DNA of 64,000 nt from Novosphingobium sp. (GTDB lineage Bacteria > Pseudomonadota > Alphaproteobacteria > Sphingomonadales > Sphingomonadaceae), in assembly GCA_037384205.1 (NCBI GenBank), contig JARROF010000010.1, positions 1,978 to 65,977 on the forward strand, given 5' to 3'. Position numbers and translations under genes: made by a program. The notes below the pieces were generated by a model. It was not told where the DNA came from. It saw only the letters and a list, made by a program, of their open reading frames with translations, and made no database searches. This document shows positions 36,508-45,660 of the stretch, one piece after another (within the stretch, counting starts at the first letter, position 1; every line of letters starts with the position of its first letter).

Positions 36508-39353
36508 TCGGGGATGGGCACACCTTCGGGCAGCACCAGAACTTCCAGTCCGGCGCCGGGTGTAAGGTATCGCCGGGCCATCGCTTCCACATCGGCGGGT
36601 GTCAGCGCGAGCAAACGCGCCCGGGCCTTTTCGAATCGCTCGATCCGGTCGGCTTCGGTCTGCGCGCGATCGACCAGCGATAGCCAGCCGCCATTGCTCT
36701 TGAGCGCGTTCTGCAGCGCTTCGAGCAGGGGCTGGCGGGCACGCTGGAATATATCCTCGCTGACGGGCGCCGTGTTCAGTCCGGCAATGACCTTGCGGAT
36801 CGCGGCGCGCGTGGCGGCAACGTCGGCAACGTCGATGGAGGCATTCACCGCGAACAGGCCGTATCCCTTCCAGTGGCGTGAGAGCGAACTGCTGGCGGAC
36901 GGGGAATAGGTCTTGCCCAGCGCCTCTCGCAGTTCGTCGGTCAGTTCGATCCGTGTGATCCGTTCGAGCATTTCCAGCGTGAGCGTGGCCACCGGATCTC
37001 TATCGTCCCGTGTCGGCCAGACGATCCGCATCAGCGCCTGATTGGTCGCGCCGGTATGGCGGATCACCCGCAACGAGCGGTCCGCCGTGAAGGTGCGCGG
37101 AGGCTGGCTCGCGTAGCTTTGGAACGCCGGTTCGCGCGCAGGCAGGGAGCCCAGCGTTCTGGCGACGAGCGCGATGGCCTTGTCTTCATCCACATCGCCT
37201 ACGATTCCCACCTCGATGGCGCCATGGGCAAGCCGTCCGCCGATGTCTTCGCGCAGTCTGGCGAATGTCAGGTGGCGGTAATCCTGTGCAGGCTGGAGGC
37301 TGAAACGGGGATCGTTGTCCGAAATGATCGCTCCGAGATCCGCACGCAGCGCGGAAGCAGGCGTAGCACGTATCTGTGCGAAGTAGTTGTTCACCGACTG
37401 GCGATACTGAACTTCGCCTTCCGGACGATAGCCAGGATCGGATATCAGCGCCGTCATAAGATCGAGCTGCAGTTCCAGATCGCCCGGAATGGTAGTCGCC
37501 GCCGATTTGAATGTGGCTTCGCCCCGCGCTAGGTTCAGGCTGAGCGTGTGCCCTGCCAAAATAGTATCGAGTTCGTCACGGCTGTGTTTGCCGAGGCCGC
37601 CTTCGTCGAGATAGGGCGCCATTTCGCTGGCGGTCGGATTGACCTTGGTATCGAGCATGTCGCCGCCGTCGATGGCAAGGCTGACGCGGACTTTGTCCTT
37701 TTCGATATCGGTGTGCTTGATGTTGAGCATCACCCCGTTGGCAAAGCGCACTTCGCGGATGCCGAGCAGCGGTTCGCGCGTGTCGCTTGTCACCGTTCCG
37801 GGCGTGCCGAAGCTGGTATAGGCGAACTTTGCGGTGCTGGTGGCGGCCTGCTGTGCGATCGGCTCGCGCATGGCCTGGCGCCATGCCGCGCGCAGGGCCT
37901 CCTTGCCGCCTGCGGGCGCCTTACGCCCGCGAAAGCGGATCAGCGGCTGGTCAAGCGGCACTGCTTCGCGCTTCATCGCCACGAGGACGGCGGTGGGAGT
38001 TATGCGTGGAGCGAAGGCTTCGAACCGGGCCAGCGAGGACGCGGGCGTGGAGGGTACAGTGCCGTCATCCACCATCGCTAACGCGGCCCGGGCCAGCGCC
38101 ACGTTGGTGCGGGTTTGCGCGGAGCTTGCAGCGTTGGTGATCCCGGTGCGGATTTCGGCCACCTGTTCGGCCACTTCGTTTGCCGTGAACCCATGGGAGA
38201 GCGCACGCCGGTATTCGCGCACGGCGGCTTCCAGTCCCTTTCTCCAGTGGCCGTCCACGGTGTCGGCGATCAGGCGGGTGGAGCGCGCGGCTTCGAACAC
38301 GTCGCCGGTGCCGAAACCGGCGCCGCGGAAGGGCGGGTTTGCGCTACGGCCAAGGCGCTGCAAGCGGCGGTTGACGATCGCATAGCCGACCGAGCGGAGC
38401 AGGTTTTCCTGCCGCGTGGCGACGGAGTCAGGCTCATCGAGATAGCGCCCGTTTCGCAGCACCGTCACGCGTTCGGACAGCGCGGGATCTATATAAATTT
38501 CGGTGCGGTTTTTGTCCTTGCGCTCTACCGGCCCGGCCCCGGGTTGTTCCTCGGCCGGTGCAGGCATCCAATCGTTGAAATGGCGCACGATGCCCGCTTC
38601 GACCGACCGAACGTCGATATCCCCCACAACCACCAGCGTGACATGGGCAGGCACATATTCGCGCTTGTAGAACGCTTTCAGGGAGGCGCTGGTCGCTGCA
38701 TTCAGCGTTTCGGGAGTGCCGATCGCGAAGCGGTGGCCGTAACGGGCCTGCGGATAGAAGAAGTGCGTTGAATCGACGACATTGCGCAAGGCCCAGGTGT
38801 TGCGGTCGCGCATCTCCGACAGCACCACGCCGCGCTCACGATCCACCGCGCCTTGCGAGATGGTGAGATTGCTGGCCGTCTCACGCATCAGCATCAGCGC
38901 GGTGTCGAGCAGCACCGGATCATTGCGCGGCAGGTTCAGCTTGTAGACGGTGTGATCGAAACTGGTCGAGGCATTGGTATCGGCTCCGAAGGCCAGCCCG
39001 TCACGCTCAAGCAGCTTGACCATTTCGCCTTCGGGCACGCGCCTGGAACCGTTGAAGGCCATGTGCTCGACGAAATGGGCATAACCCTGTTCGCTGTCGC
39101 TCTCGTCGAGCGATCCGACGTTCACATCCATACGCACCACCGCCGTGCCTTTGGGCGTGGCATTGTGGCGGATGATGTAACGCATCCCGTTGGCGAGCTT
39201 GCCGAAACGGAAATCCGGATCGACGGGAATATCGCTCTTTTCGAAGGCCCAGCGGGGATCTTCAGGGTAGGGGGGCTGAGGGGAAGGGTTGGACCTCGCG
39301 GCCAGCGCCGTGGGCGCCAGCACAACGAGGAGGGCAATCAGGTAAGCTCTCAT
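36495..39353 (-). CDS. M16 (pitrilysin/insulinase) family zinc peptidase, secreted, ~950 aa
   Basis: Inverted zinc motif 'HFVEH' followed by 'E…' downstream. Signal peptide 'MRAYLIALLVVLAPTALAARS' from ATG 39353. It contains duplicated M16 halves. Confidence 0.9.
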   Translation of the reverse strand: MRAYLIALLVVLAPTALAARSNPSPQPPYPEDPRWAFEKSDIPVDPDFRFGKLANGMRYIIRHNATPKGTAVVRMDVNVGSLDESDSEQGYAHFVEHMAFNGSRRVPEGEMVKLLERDGLAFGADTNASTSFDHTVYKLNLPRNDPVLLDTALMLMRETASNLTISQGAVDRERGVVLSEMRDRNTWALRNVVDSTHFFYPQARYGHRFAIGTPETLNAATSASLKAFYKREYVPAHVTLVVVGDIDVRSVEAGIVRHFNDWMPAPAEEQPGAGPVERKDKNRTEIYIDPALSERVTVLRNGRYLDEPDSVATRQENLLRSVGYAIVNRRLQRLGRSANPPFRGAGFGTGDVFEAARSTRLIADTVDGHWRKGLEAAVREYRRALSHGFTANEVAEQVAEIRTGITNAASSAQTRTNVALARAALAMVDDGTVPSTPASSLARFEAFAPRITPTAVLVAMKREAVPLDQPLIRFRGRKAPAGGKEALRAAWRQAMREPIAQQAATSTAKFAYTSFGTPGTVTSDTREPLLGIREVRFANGVMLNIKHTDIEKDKVRVSLAIDGGDMLDTKVNPTASEMAPYLDEGGLGKHSRDELDTILAGHTLSLNLARGEATFKSAATTIPGDLELQLDLMTALISDPGYRPEGEVQYRQSVNNYFAQIRATPASALRADLGAIISDNDPRFSLQPAQDYRHLTFARLREDIGGRLAHGAIEVGIVGDVDEDKAIALVARTLGSLPAREPAFQSYASQPPRTFTADRSLRVIRHTGATNQALMRIVWPTRDDRDPVATLTLEMLERITRIELTDELREALGKTYSPSASSSLSRHWKGYGLFAVNASIDVADVAATRAAIRKVIAGLNTAPVSEDIFQRARQPLLEALQNALKSNGGWLSLVDRAQTEADRIERFEKARARLLALTPADVEAMARRYLTPGAGLEVLVLPEGVPIPDQAR

Positions 39354-39537
39354 TGCGCGGGAGTGCCCGAGAGGGGGGCACATAACAAGCGGTAACAAAG
39401 GCAAATCCTCCCTGCCGTGAAGCGGTGGGGAGGGGGATCGCCGACGCAGGCGGTGGTGGAGGGGGCTCCTGCCCCTCCGTCATTCGCTACGTGAATGCCA
39501 CTTCCCCATTGGCTCGCCAACAGGGAGGAGTTCTTGC

Positions 39538-40320
39538 TTACTTGCCGCGCAGCTTGCGGTGCTTGGACAAGTCGAAGACCTCGCTCGGCCCGTTGTCGTC
39601 CTGCAGCAGACCGAGGCGGCGGGCGACTTCCTGATAGGCTTCTTCCTCACCGCCCAGATCGCGGCGGAAGCGGTCCTTGTCGAGCTTTTCGCCGGTGGCC
39701 ATGTCCCACAGACGGCAGCCGTCGGGGCTGATCTCGTCCGCGAGAATCACGCGGCTGAAATCGCCGTCCCAGATGCGGCCGAATTCCAGCTTGAAGTCGA
39801 TCAGGCGGATGTTGATCGCGGCGAACATGCCGCACATGAAGTCGTTCACGCGGATCGCCATATCGGCGATGTCCTGCATCTCGTCGTGCCCGGCCCAGCC
39901 GAAGCAGCGGATGTGTTCCTCGGCGATCATCGGATCGCCCAGCGCGTCGTCTTTATAATAGTATTCGATCAGCGTGTGCGGAAGCATCTCGCCTTCGGGA
40001 ATGCCCAGCCGCTTGGAGATCGAGCCGGCCGCGACGTTGCGCACGACGACTTCGATCGGGATGATCTCCACCTGCCGTACAAGCTGTTCACGCATATTCA
40101 GGCGGCGGATAAAGTGGTTGGGCACGCCGATGTGGTTGAGGCGGGTGAAAACGTATTCGCTGATGCGGTTGTTGATGACGCCCTTGCCCTGGATCGTGCC
40201 TTTCTTCTGCGCATTGAACGCAGTGGCATCGTCCTTGAAATACTGGATCAGCGTGCCGGGCTCCGGGCCTTCGTAAAGGATCTTGGCCTTGCCTTCGTAG
40301 ATCTGGCGGCGACGGGACAT
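39538..40320 (-). CDS. purC: Phosphoribosylaminoimidazole-succinocarboxamide synthase
   Basis: '[12 protein letters not shown]' and '[14 protein letters not shown]' motifs. 260 aa. Confidence 0.95.
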   Translation of the reverse strand: MSRRRQIYEGKAKILYEGPEPGTLIQYFKDDATAFNAQKKGTIQGKGVINNRISEYVFTRLNHIGVPNHFIRRLNMREQLVRQVEIIPIEVVVRNVAAGSISKRLGIPEGEMLPHTLIEYYYKDDALGDPMIAEEHIRCFGWAGHDEMQDIADMAIRVNDFMCGMFAAINIRLIDFKLEFGRIWDGDFSRVILADEISPDGCRLWDMATGEKLDKDRFRRDLGGEEEAYQEVARRLGLLQDDNGPSEVFDLSKHRKLRGK

Positions 40321-40460
40321 GGTTTTCGTCCTTCAAACGGCAAAAAGAGCAAGCCCCGGCCCCTCGAGTCTTTGATGACTGTGCCGGTCGGGGAATTTTG
40401 GCGGGCATATAGTGAAAGCCGGGCCAAAAGCAAACCGCCCGCTCCGGAGTTGGTGGACAT

Positions 40461-41078
40461 GTGGTTCGTGGGCAGATTATCAATCCCGCCATGGCCGTTA
40501 CCGTCAAAGCCCTGACCGGAGAACAGATCCTTGCAGTGATCGACGATCTTGCTGCGCTGCGCATGGCGGTCTTTGCCGAGTGGCCTTATCTTTACGATGG
40601 CGATCCGGCCTATGAGGCCGGATATTTGCGGGAATTCGTGGAAGAGCCTGACAGCATTCTGGTGGCCGCCTGCGACGGAGACAGGGTGGTGGGGGCGGCC
40701 ACGGCTTCGCCTATGTCGGCGCAGAAGGCTCAATTCCGTGCCCCGTTCGAAGCGAGGAGACTCGATGTCTCGCGGCTGTTCTATTTCGGCGAATCCGTGT
40801 TGCTGCCCGAATATCGCGGCCAGGGCATCGGGCATGCCTTCTTCGATCACCGGGAGGCGCAGGCCCGCGAATGCGGAGCGAATGCAGCTTCGTTTGCTGC
40901 GGTTATCCGCCGGGCGGATCATCCGGACCGACCGGACGGCTATGTTCCGCTAGACGGGTTCTGGCGCAAACGCGGCTATGTGCCGGTGGACGGTTTTGTT
41001 ACGCAACTGGGCTGGAAGGACCACCGGGATGCCGGTGAAACGCCCAAGCCCATGCAATACTGGTTGCGGCGGTTTTAG
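40461..41078 (+). CDS. GNAT family N-acetyltransferase
   Basis: Acetyl-CoA binding motif 'LLPEYRGQGIGHAFF' (R/Q-x-x-G-x-G/A). The start is GTG 40461 or ATG 40491. Confidence 0.75.
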   Translation: MVRGQIINPAMAVTVKALTGEQILAVIDDLAALRMAVFAEWPYLYDGDPAYEAGYLREFVEEPDSILVAACDGDRVVGAATASPMSAQKAQFRAPFEARRLDVSRLFYFGESVLLPEYRGQGIGHAFFDHREAQARECGANAASFAAVIRRADHPDRPDGYVPLDGFWRKRGYVPVDGFVTQLGWKDHRDAGETPKPMQYWLRRF

Positions 41079-41554
41079 GTTCTTTCCTGCCGGATAGTCT
41101 CTGCCAGATGGCGTGCGGCTTCCTGTACTTGCCGCCAGGTTTGCGCGAATCCTTCCGGACCGCCGAAATAGGGATCGGCCACGTCCTGCCCGGTCATTCC
41201 CGGAATATGATCCAGTAGCAGGGACAGGCGTGCTTGCGGTGCGGGCGGTGCGATCCGTTTCAAGTCGGCCAGGTTCTGCCGGTCCATAGCGACGATCCGC
41301 TCGAAACGCATGAAATCGTCTGGGCCGACCTGCCGGGCGCGGTAGGCGGCGATGTCGATTTCGTGGTGCAGGGCTTCTGCACGGGCACGCGGGTCCGGGG
41401 GGCTGCCGGTATGCCAGGAACCGGTGCCGGCCGAATCCACGATCAGATCCACACCTGTCGCCTGCGCCGGATGGCGCAGCGCCGCTTCGGCGAGTGGCGA
41501 ACGGCAGATATTGCCGAGGCAGACGAACAGAACAGAGGGCAGGGCTGTATTCAT
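41075..41554 (-). CDS. Low-molecular-weight protein-tyrosine phosphatase
   Basis: P-loop 'VLFVCLGNICRSP' (C-X5-R-S) and a distal 'DPY' Asp. I chose ATG 41554. Confidence 0.85.
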   Translation of the reverse strand: MNTALPSVLFVCLGNICRSPLAEAALRHPAQATGVDLIVDSAGTGSWHTGSPPDPRARAEALHHEIDIAAYRARQVGPDDFMRFERIVAMDRQNLADLKRIAPPAPQARLSLLLDHIPGMTGQDVADPYFGGPEGFAQTWRQVQEAARHLAETIRQERT

Positions 41555-41871
41555 ATCGGGCTTTCTAGCCGTGTCCGGTTTCGGCGTCATCCGACTGTAT
41601 TCGGGCGCGATATCGTTCTTATCGCTTGTTTAACCAATAAGGTGCGAAAGGGGCCATGCCCGGCAGTCCGGGTACGAGGAGCAAACCTGCAGTGCCGGCC
41701 TTTCGGTGCGCGCGGCAGGCTGCCGATTTTTCGAGGTGAATTTTCGTTTACGCAAGGTCAAAAGGCTTTCTCGACCATTGCCAGTCAGTGTCGTGGGGTA
41801 ATTCGTTAAGGGGTTGGCGATATCCTCCGGCAAAATCGGCCGATTTTTCATCGAGCTAGCGTGGTTAACCG

Positions 41872-43839
41872 ATGCACCCAGTCAAAGGCTTCCTGAGACG
41901 CCTGTTCCGCGATGCCGCGGGTAACATATTGCCGCTTGCCGCGGTTGGCATGGTCGTTGCCGCCGCCGTTGTGGGATCGGCAATCGACATGAGCCAGGCC
42001 TATCGTATCGACAATCGCCTGCAGGCGGCGTGCGACGCAGCCGTGCTGGCCGGCCGGCATGCTGTGACCAACAATGGCCTGGACGACGCGGCAAAGACGG
42101 CGGCGAACAACTTTTTTGCCACAAACTTCAGCGACGATGCCGAAAAGACGACCGGCACGCAATTCACGCCTTCCTCGGATGATAACGGCGTGACTGTCAA
42201 GGGCGTGGCGTCCACGACTTATTCCACGCTGGTCATACGTCTGTTCGGCTATACATCGTTCCCGCTTTCGGTTTCCTGCACTTCGTCGATGGGGGTCGGC
42301 AATTCCGACGTAGTACTGGTGCTCGATACCACCGGATCGATGGGCAGCAACATCACTTACGGACAGACTCGTCTGCAGGCGCTGCAGGCGGCGATGAAGA
42401 ACTTCTACACGACCCTTTCGACGGCCACTTCGGGGTCGAATGCGCGCATTCGCTATGGCTTTGTGCCGTACAGCACGACCGTGAATGTGGGGCGCCTGCT
42501 CTATGCCCAGAATCCGGACTATATTGCGGACAAGCATACTTATTCGTCGCGTAAGGCAGTCTACAAGACGGTTGTATCGGGCACGCCGACATACAGTAAT
42601 GAACAGACCGGCAGCAGCTGGACGGACTATAAAGGCGGATACTGGCAAAGCAGCGATTGCCAGGACGATCTGCCTGCCGTGAGCAGCACTTATATCGACA
42701 AGGGTGCCGCGACGACGTCCTCACCCTCGACGACGACCAGCAGTTCCGGCCAAACGGTTACAACGGTAACGACCACGCAGCCGCAGATCCAGATCACGGC
42801 CGCGCAGTGCGCATCGTACACTGCGTCGTCCTGGTGGGGTGACTACACCGCTTACAAGATCCAGATAAAATACAACTCGCGCGACACGACGACTACGACC
42901 ACTTACGGGTACGATGCCGTGACAGGCAGTGTTTTCGATCATTTCGATTACATGCCGGTCGAATACGATACCAGCACCTACAAGACCTTCGCGTCGGTTT
43001 CGACGCTGACGGGAAATGCCTATGCAGGATCAAGTCGGCCCGGCACGGTGACGTCGACCTGGAATGGCTGCATCCACGAGCGCCGGACAGAATCCGCCAG
43101 CAGTTTTAGCTATTCAAGCCTGACCGGGATTTTGCCTTCCGACGCGCTCGATATCGATATCGATACGGCACCGGATATCAACGACGAGGGCACCAAGTGG
43201 GCGCCGATGTGGCCGCAGATCGTCTATAATCGCTATGCCACGACAACCGATGATTGGGGCAGGACGAGCCGTTCGGCCACTACCGGCACTGGCGACTATG
43301 GATACACGGTCTCATCTCCTTGCCCTGCTGCCGCGCAGGGGCTGAAGGAAATGGATCAGACCGATTTTGACGCCTATGCCGATTCGCTGAATGCAACGGG
43401 TAATACCTACCTCGATATCGGCATGATCTGGGGAGGGCGCCTGCTTTCGCCGGAGGGTATTTTCTCCGGCACTGTAAACGAAGCGCCCGCAAACGGGGGC
43501 AAGGTGTCCCGCCATATCGTGTTCATGACCGACGGCATCATGCAGCCGAACAACTCGATCAACGAGGCGTGGGGCCTGGAATGGTGGGACCGCAATGTCA
43601 CGGATGACGGCAGTTCCAATGACACCGCGCGTCATACGTCCCGGTTCCTGACTACCTGCTCGGAGATCAAGTCCAAGGGTATCCGGATCTGGGTAATCGC
43701 ATTCACCTCGGGTCTTTCGAACGATCTTAAGACCTGCGCGTCGGACGACAGCTCGTTTACCGCTGGCAATGCCGATGAACTCAACAATGCCTTCCAGGAA
43801 ATCGCCAAGCAGGTTGGCGAACTGCGAGTGACATCGTAA
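41872..43839 (+). CDS. TadG-like Flp-pilus-associated protein with vWA domain (655 aa)
   Basis: The N-terminal TadE/G-like hydrophobic segment is 'GNILPLAAVGMVVAAAVVGSAIDMSQAY'. The vWA MIDAS motif is 'DVVLVLDTTGSMGS', with 'IVFMTDG' and 'IRIWVIAF' further on. Ser/Thr-rich linkers are present. Confidence 0.8.
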   Translation: MHPVKGFLRRLFRDAAGNILPLAAVGMVVAAAVVGSAIDMSQAYRIDNRLQAACDAAVLAGRHAVTNNGLDDAAKTAANNFFATNFSDDAEKTTGTQFTPSSDDNGVTVKGVASTTYSTLVIRLFGYTSFPLSVSCTSSMGVGNSDVVLVLDTTGSMGSNITYGQTRLQALQAAMKNFYTTLSTATSGSNARIRYGFVPYSTTVNVGRLLYAQNPDYIADKHTYSSRKAVYKTVVSGTPTYSNEQTGSSWTDYKGGYWQSSDCQDDLPAVSSTYIDKGAATTSSPSTTTSSSGQTVTTVTTTQPQIQITAAQCASYTASSWWGDYTAYKIQIKYNSRDTTTTTTYGYDAVTGSVFDHFDYMPVEYDTSTYKTFASVSTLTGNAYAGSSRPGTVTSTWNGCIHERRTESASSFSYSSLTGILPSDALDIDIDTAPDINDEGTKWAPMWPQIVYNRYATTTDDWGRTSRSATTGTGDYGYTVSSPCPAAAQGLKEMDQTDFDAYADSLNATGNTYLDIGMIWGGRLLSPEGIFSGTVNEAPANGGKVSRHIVFMTDGIMQPNNSINEAWGLEWWDRNVTDDGSSNDTARHTSRFLTTCSEIKSKGIRIWVIAFTSGLSNDLKTCASDDSSFTAGNADELNNAFQEIAKQVGELRVTS

Positions 43840-44456
43840 TGGCTGGGCACCATCCATACAGTGCCAGGCTGCGCTGGCGTCTGGCCGGTTTGCACAAGGC
43901 CCGGGATGGTGCGACCATTGTTGAATTCGCGCTGGCCGCGCCGGTGTTTTTGATGGTGCTGATCGGCATCTTCGATGCCGGTTACATGGCTTATGCCACA
44001 GGTGTCCTGCATGGTGCGGTTCAGGAAGCGGGGCGTAATTCCTCGCTGGAAACGGCGGATACTTCTGCTGCCGATGCTTACGTTACGGGCGTCATGCAAG
44101 GCGTGCTGCCGGGCGCTGTGGTGACGACAGCGCGCACGAGCTACTACGACTTCAGCGACATCGCTCGGCCGGAAGCGTGGAACGATGCCAACAACAGCGG
44201 CACCTGCGACAACGGCGAGAGCTACACCGACGAGAACGGCACCGGGCAATGGGATGCCGATATCGGTGCATCCGGCAACGGTGGCGCCAACGATGTCGTT
44301 GTCTATACTGTGACCGTTACCTACACGCCGGTATTTCCGAACCCGTTCCTTCCCGGAACCGGAGGGACGCGCAAGCTGACAGCATCAACCGTGAAGAAAA
44401 ACCAGCCGTTTGCGAACCAGCAGGCCTATGGGGCGGCTGCCGGGACATGCAACTGA
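43839..44456 (+). CDS. TadE-like pseudopilin family protein
   Basis: TadE N-terminal motif 'DGATIVEFALAAPVFLMVLIGIFDAGY'. The start overlaps the upstream stop (TAATG). Confidence 0.75.
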   Translation: MAGHHPYSARLRWRLAGLHKARDGATIVEFALAAPVFLMVLIGIFDAGYMAYATGVLHGAVQEAGRNSSLETADTSAADAYVTGVMQGVLPGAVVTTARTSYYDFSDIARPEAWNDANNSGTCDNGESYTDENGTGQWDADIGASGNGGANDVVVYTVTVTYTPVFPNPFLPGTGGTRKLTASTVKKNQPFANQQAYGAAAGTCN

Positions 44457-45088
44457 TGCGTGCGCTCAGGAACCTGCTTCGTCGTCTGCGGCGTGACGAG
44501 TGCGGCATATCGTTGATCGAGCTTGCGCTTGCGATACCGGTGATGCTGTCACTGGGGCTCTACGGCACTGAACTGGCCTACATGACGATCGTGAACATGG
44601 AAGTCAGCCAGATCGCCATTTCCGTGGCCGATAACGCCTCGCGTCTCGGCCAGACGGACAACAGCTCGGTTACGCCAACCGTTAAGGAAATCCAGATCGA
44701 TTCCGTGATGGCGGGCGCGCTGGTGGAAGGGAACTCGTTCAATTTCAACGCGAACGGGCGGATCATTCTGTCGAGTCTGGAAAAGGATGGCACTACGGGG
44801 AACCAGTACATTCACTGGCAACGCTGCAGTGGTGACCTTGGAGTCAATTCTGCCTACGGGACGGCCCTGACGACGCTGGGCGGCATGGGGCCTAGCACGC
44901 ACCTGATCAAGGCAACGAGCAAGTCGGCCGTGATGTTCGTGGAAGTCTATTACAAGTACAAACCGCTTTTCGGTACAATTTTCGTAGGCGATACCATGTT
45001 TTCGCGAGAGGCCGCCTTTATCGTCAGGGACAATCGCAATCTGACAGCGGGCGTGACCGGATCGAACGGGCAATCGTCCTGTAGCTGA
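44447..45088 (+). CDS. TadE-like pseudopilin family protein (second copy)
   Basis: 'ECGISLIELALAIPVMLSLGLYGTELAY'. The start is ATG 44447 or ATG 44456; the latter gives a TGATG overlap with the upstream stop. Confidence 0.7.
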   Translation: MQLMRALRNLLRRLRRDECGISLIELALAIPVMLSLGLYGTELAYMTIVNMEVSQIAISVADNASRLGQTDNSSVTPTVKEIQIDSVMAGALVEGNSFNFNANGRIILSSLEKDGTTGNQYIHWQRCSGDLGVNSAYGTALTTLGGMGPSTHLIKATSKSAVMFVEVYYKYKPLFGTIFVGDTMFSREAAFIVRDNRNLTAGVTGSNGQSSCS

Positions 45089-45660
45089 TCCCTTCCAGGC
45101 ATCCGCCGGAGCGATCAGTCCTGTCGATCCGCACGACGTTGGGCGAGATATGCTGCATTTCATTCCCGTCTACGCGACTTCCGACAAAGACCATGGACGA
45201 TCCCACCGCGCTCTCCGCCAAAGGGCGCGACAAGCTGGTCAATCACGCGGAAAATCTGGCGTCTGCCACTCCATCGATCTTGTGCAACTGCGAAGAAGTA
45301 CTTGATCGGAGACCCTGCCGGCGGGGGTGTCCGGCGGTAGAAAAGCCCGATTTTCGGGCCCGTATTTGGGAAGTGACACGGCATCGCACTACCTCCTGGC
45401 ACCGGCCGGGCAGGTAGGGGCAGGGACAATGGCGCCGCGGATCAAGGAATTGGAACACGCAACGACAAAGTCCGGTTTGCCGGTGTGTTTGGCGGCGTGC
45501 GATATTCTTTACGACTGAAGCGATAGGTGTTCGTTTTTCTGCATTGCAACAAGGCTGCAATAATGCACGGTAATGGCAGTCGGGGGCTAGCCGGTGCAAC
45601 GCTACCGATTCTGCTGTCCGGAACTAAGCGGTCAAAGACTTGCCATCTCAGGGGAACGGC

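Noticed and set aside
39458-39478. GGAGGGG-N7-CCCCTCC hairpin as the purC or peptidase terminator
   Set aside because: No U-tract is present on either strand, and it sits upstream of the peptidase start rather than after a stop. It is more likely part of a G/C-rich repeat or leader, so it was not annotated.
41591-41871. Search for a hidden Flp prepilin gene (<60 aa, below ORF-track cutoff) upstream of tadG-like, and likewise in 45089-45660
   Set aside because: Manual translation of ATG/GTG-initiated short frames gave no 'G-[AS]-T-A-I-E-Y-G-L-I' Flp motif or hydrophobic pilin core.
45139-45599. Overlapping 63-118-aa ORFs in the tad-nuclease gap
   Set aside because: They show no codon bias, SD or motifs. 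The products are rich in Arg, Cys and Pro. I treated the region as non-coding.
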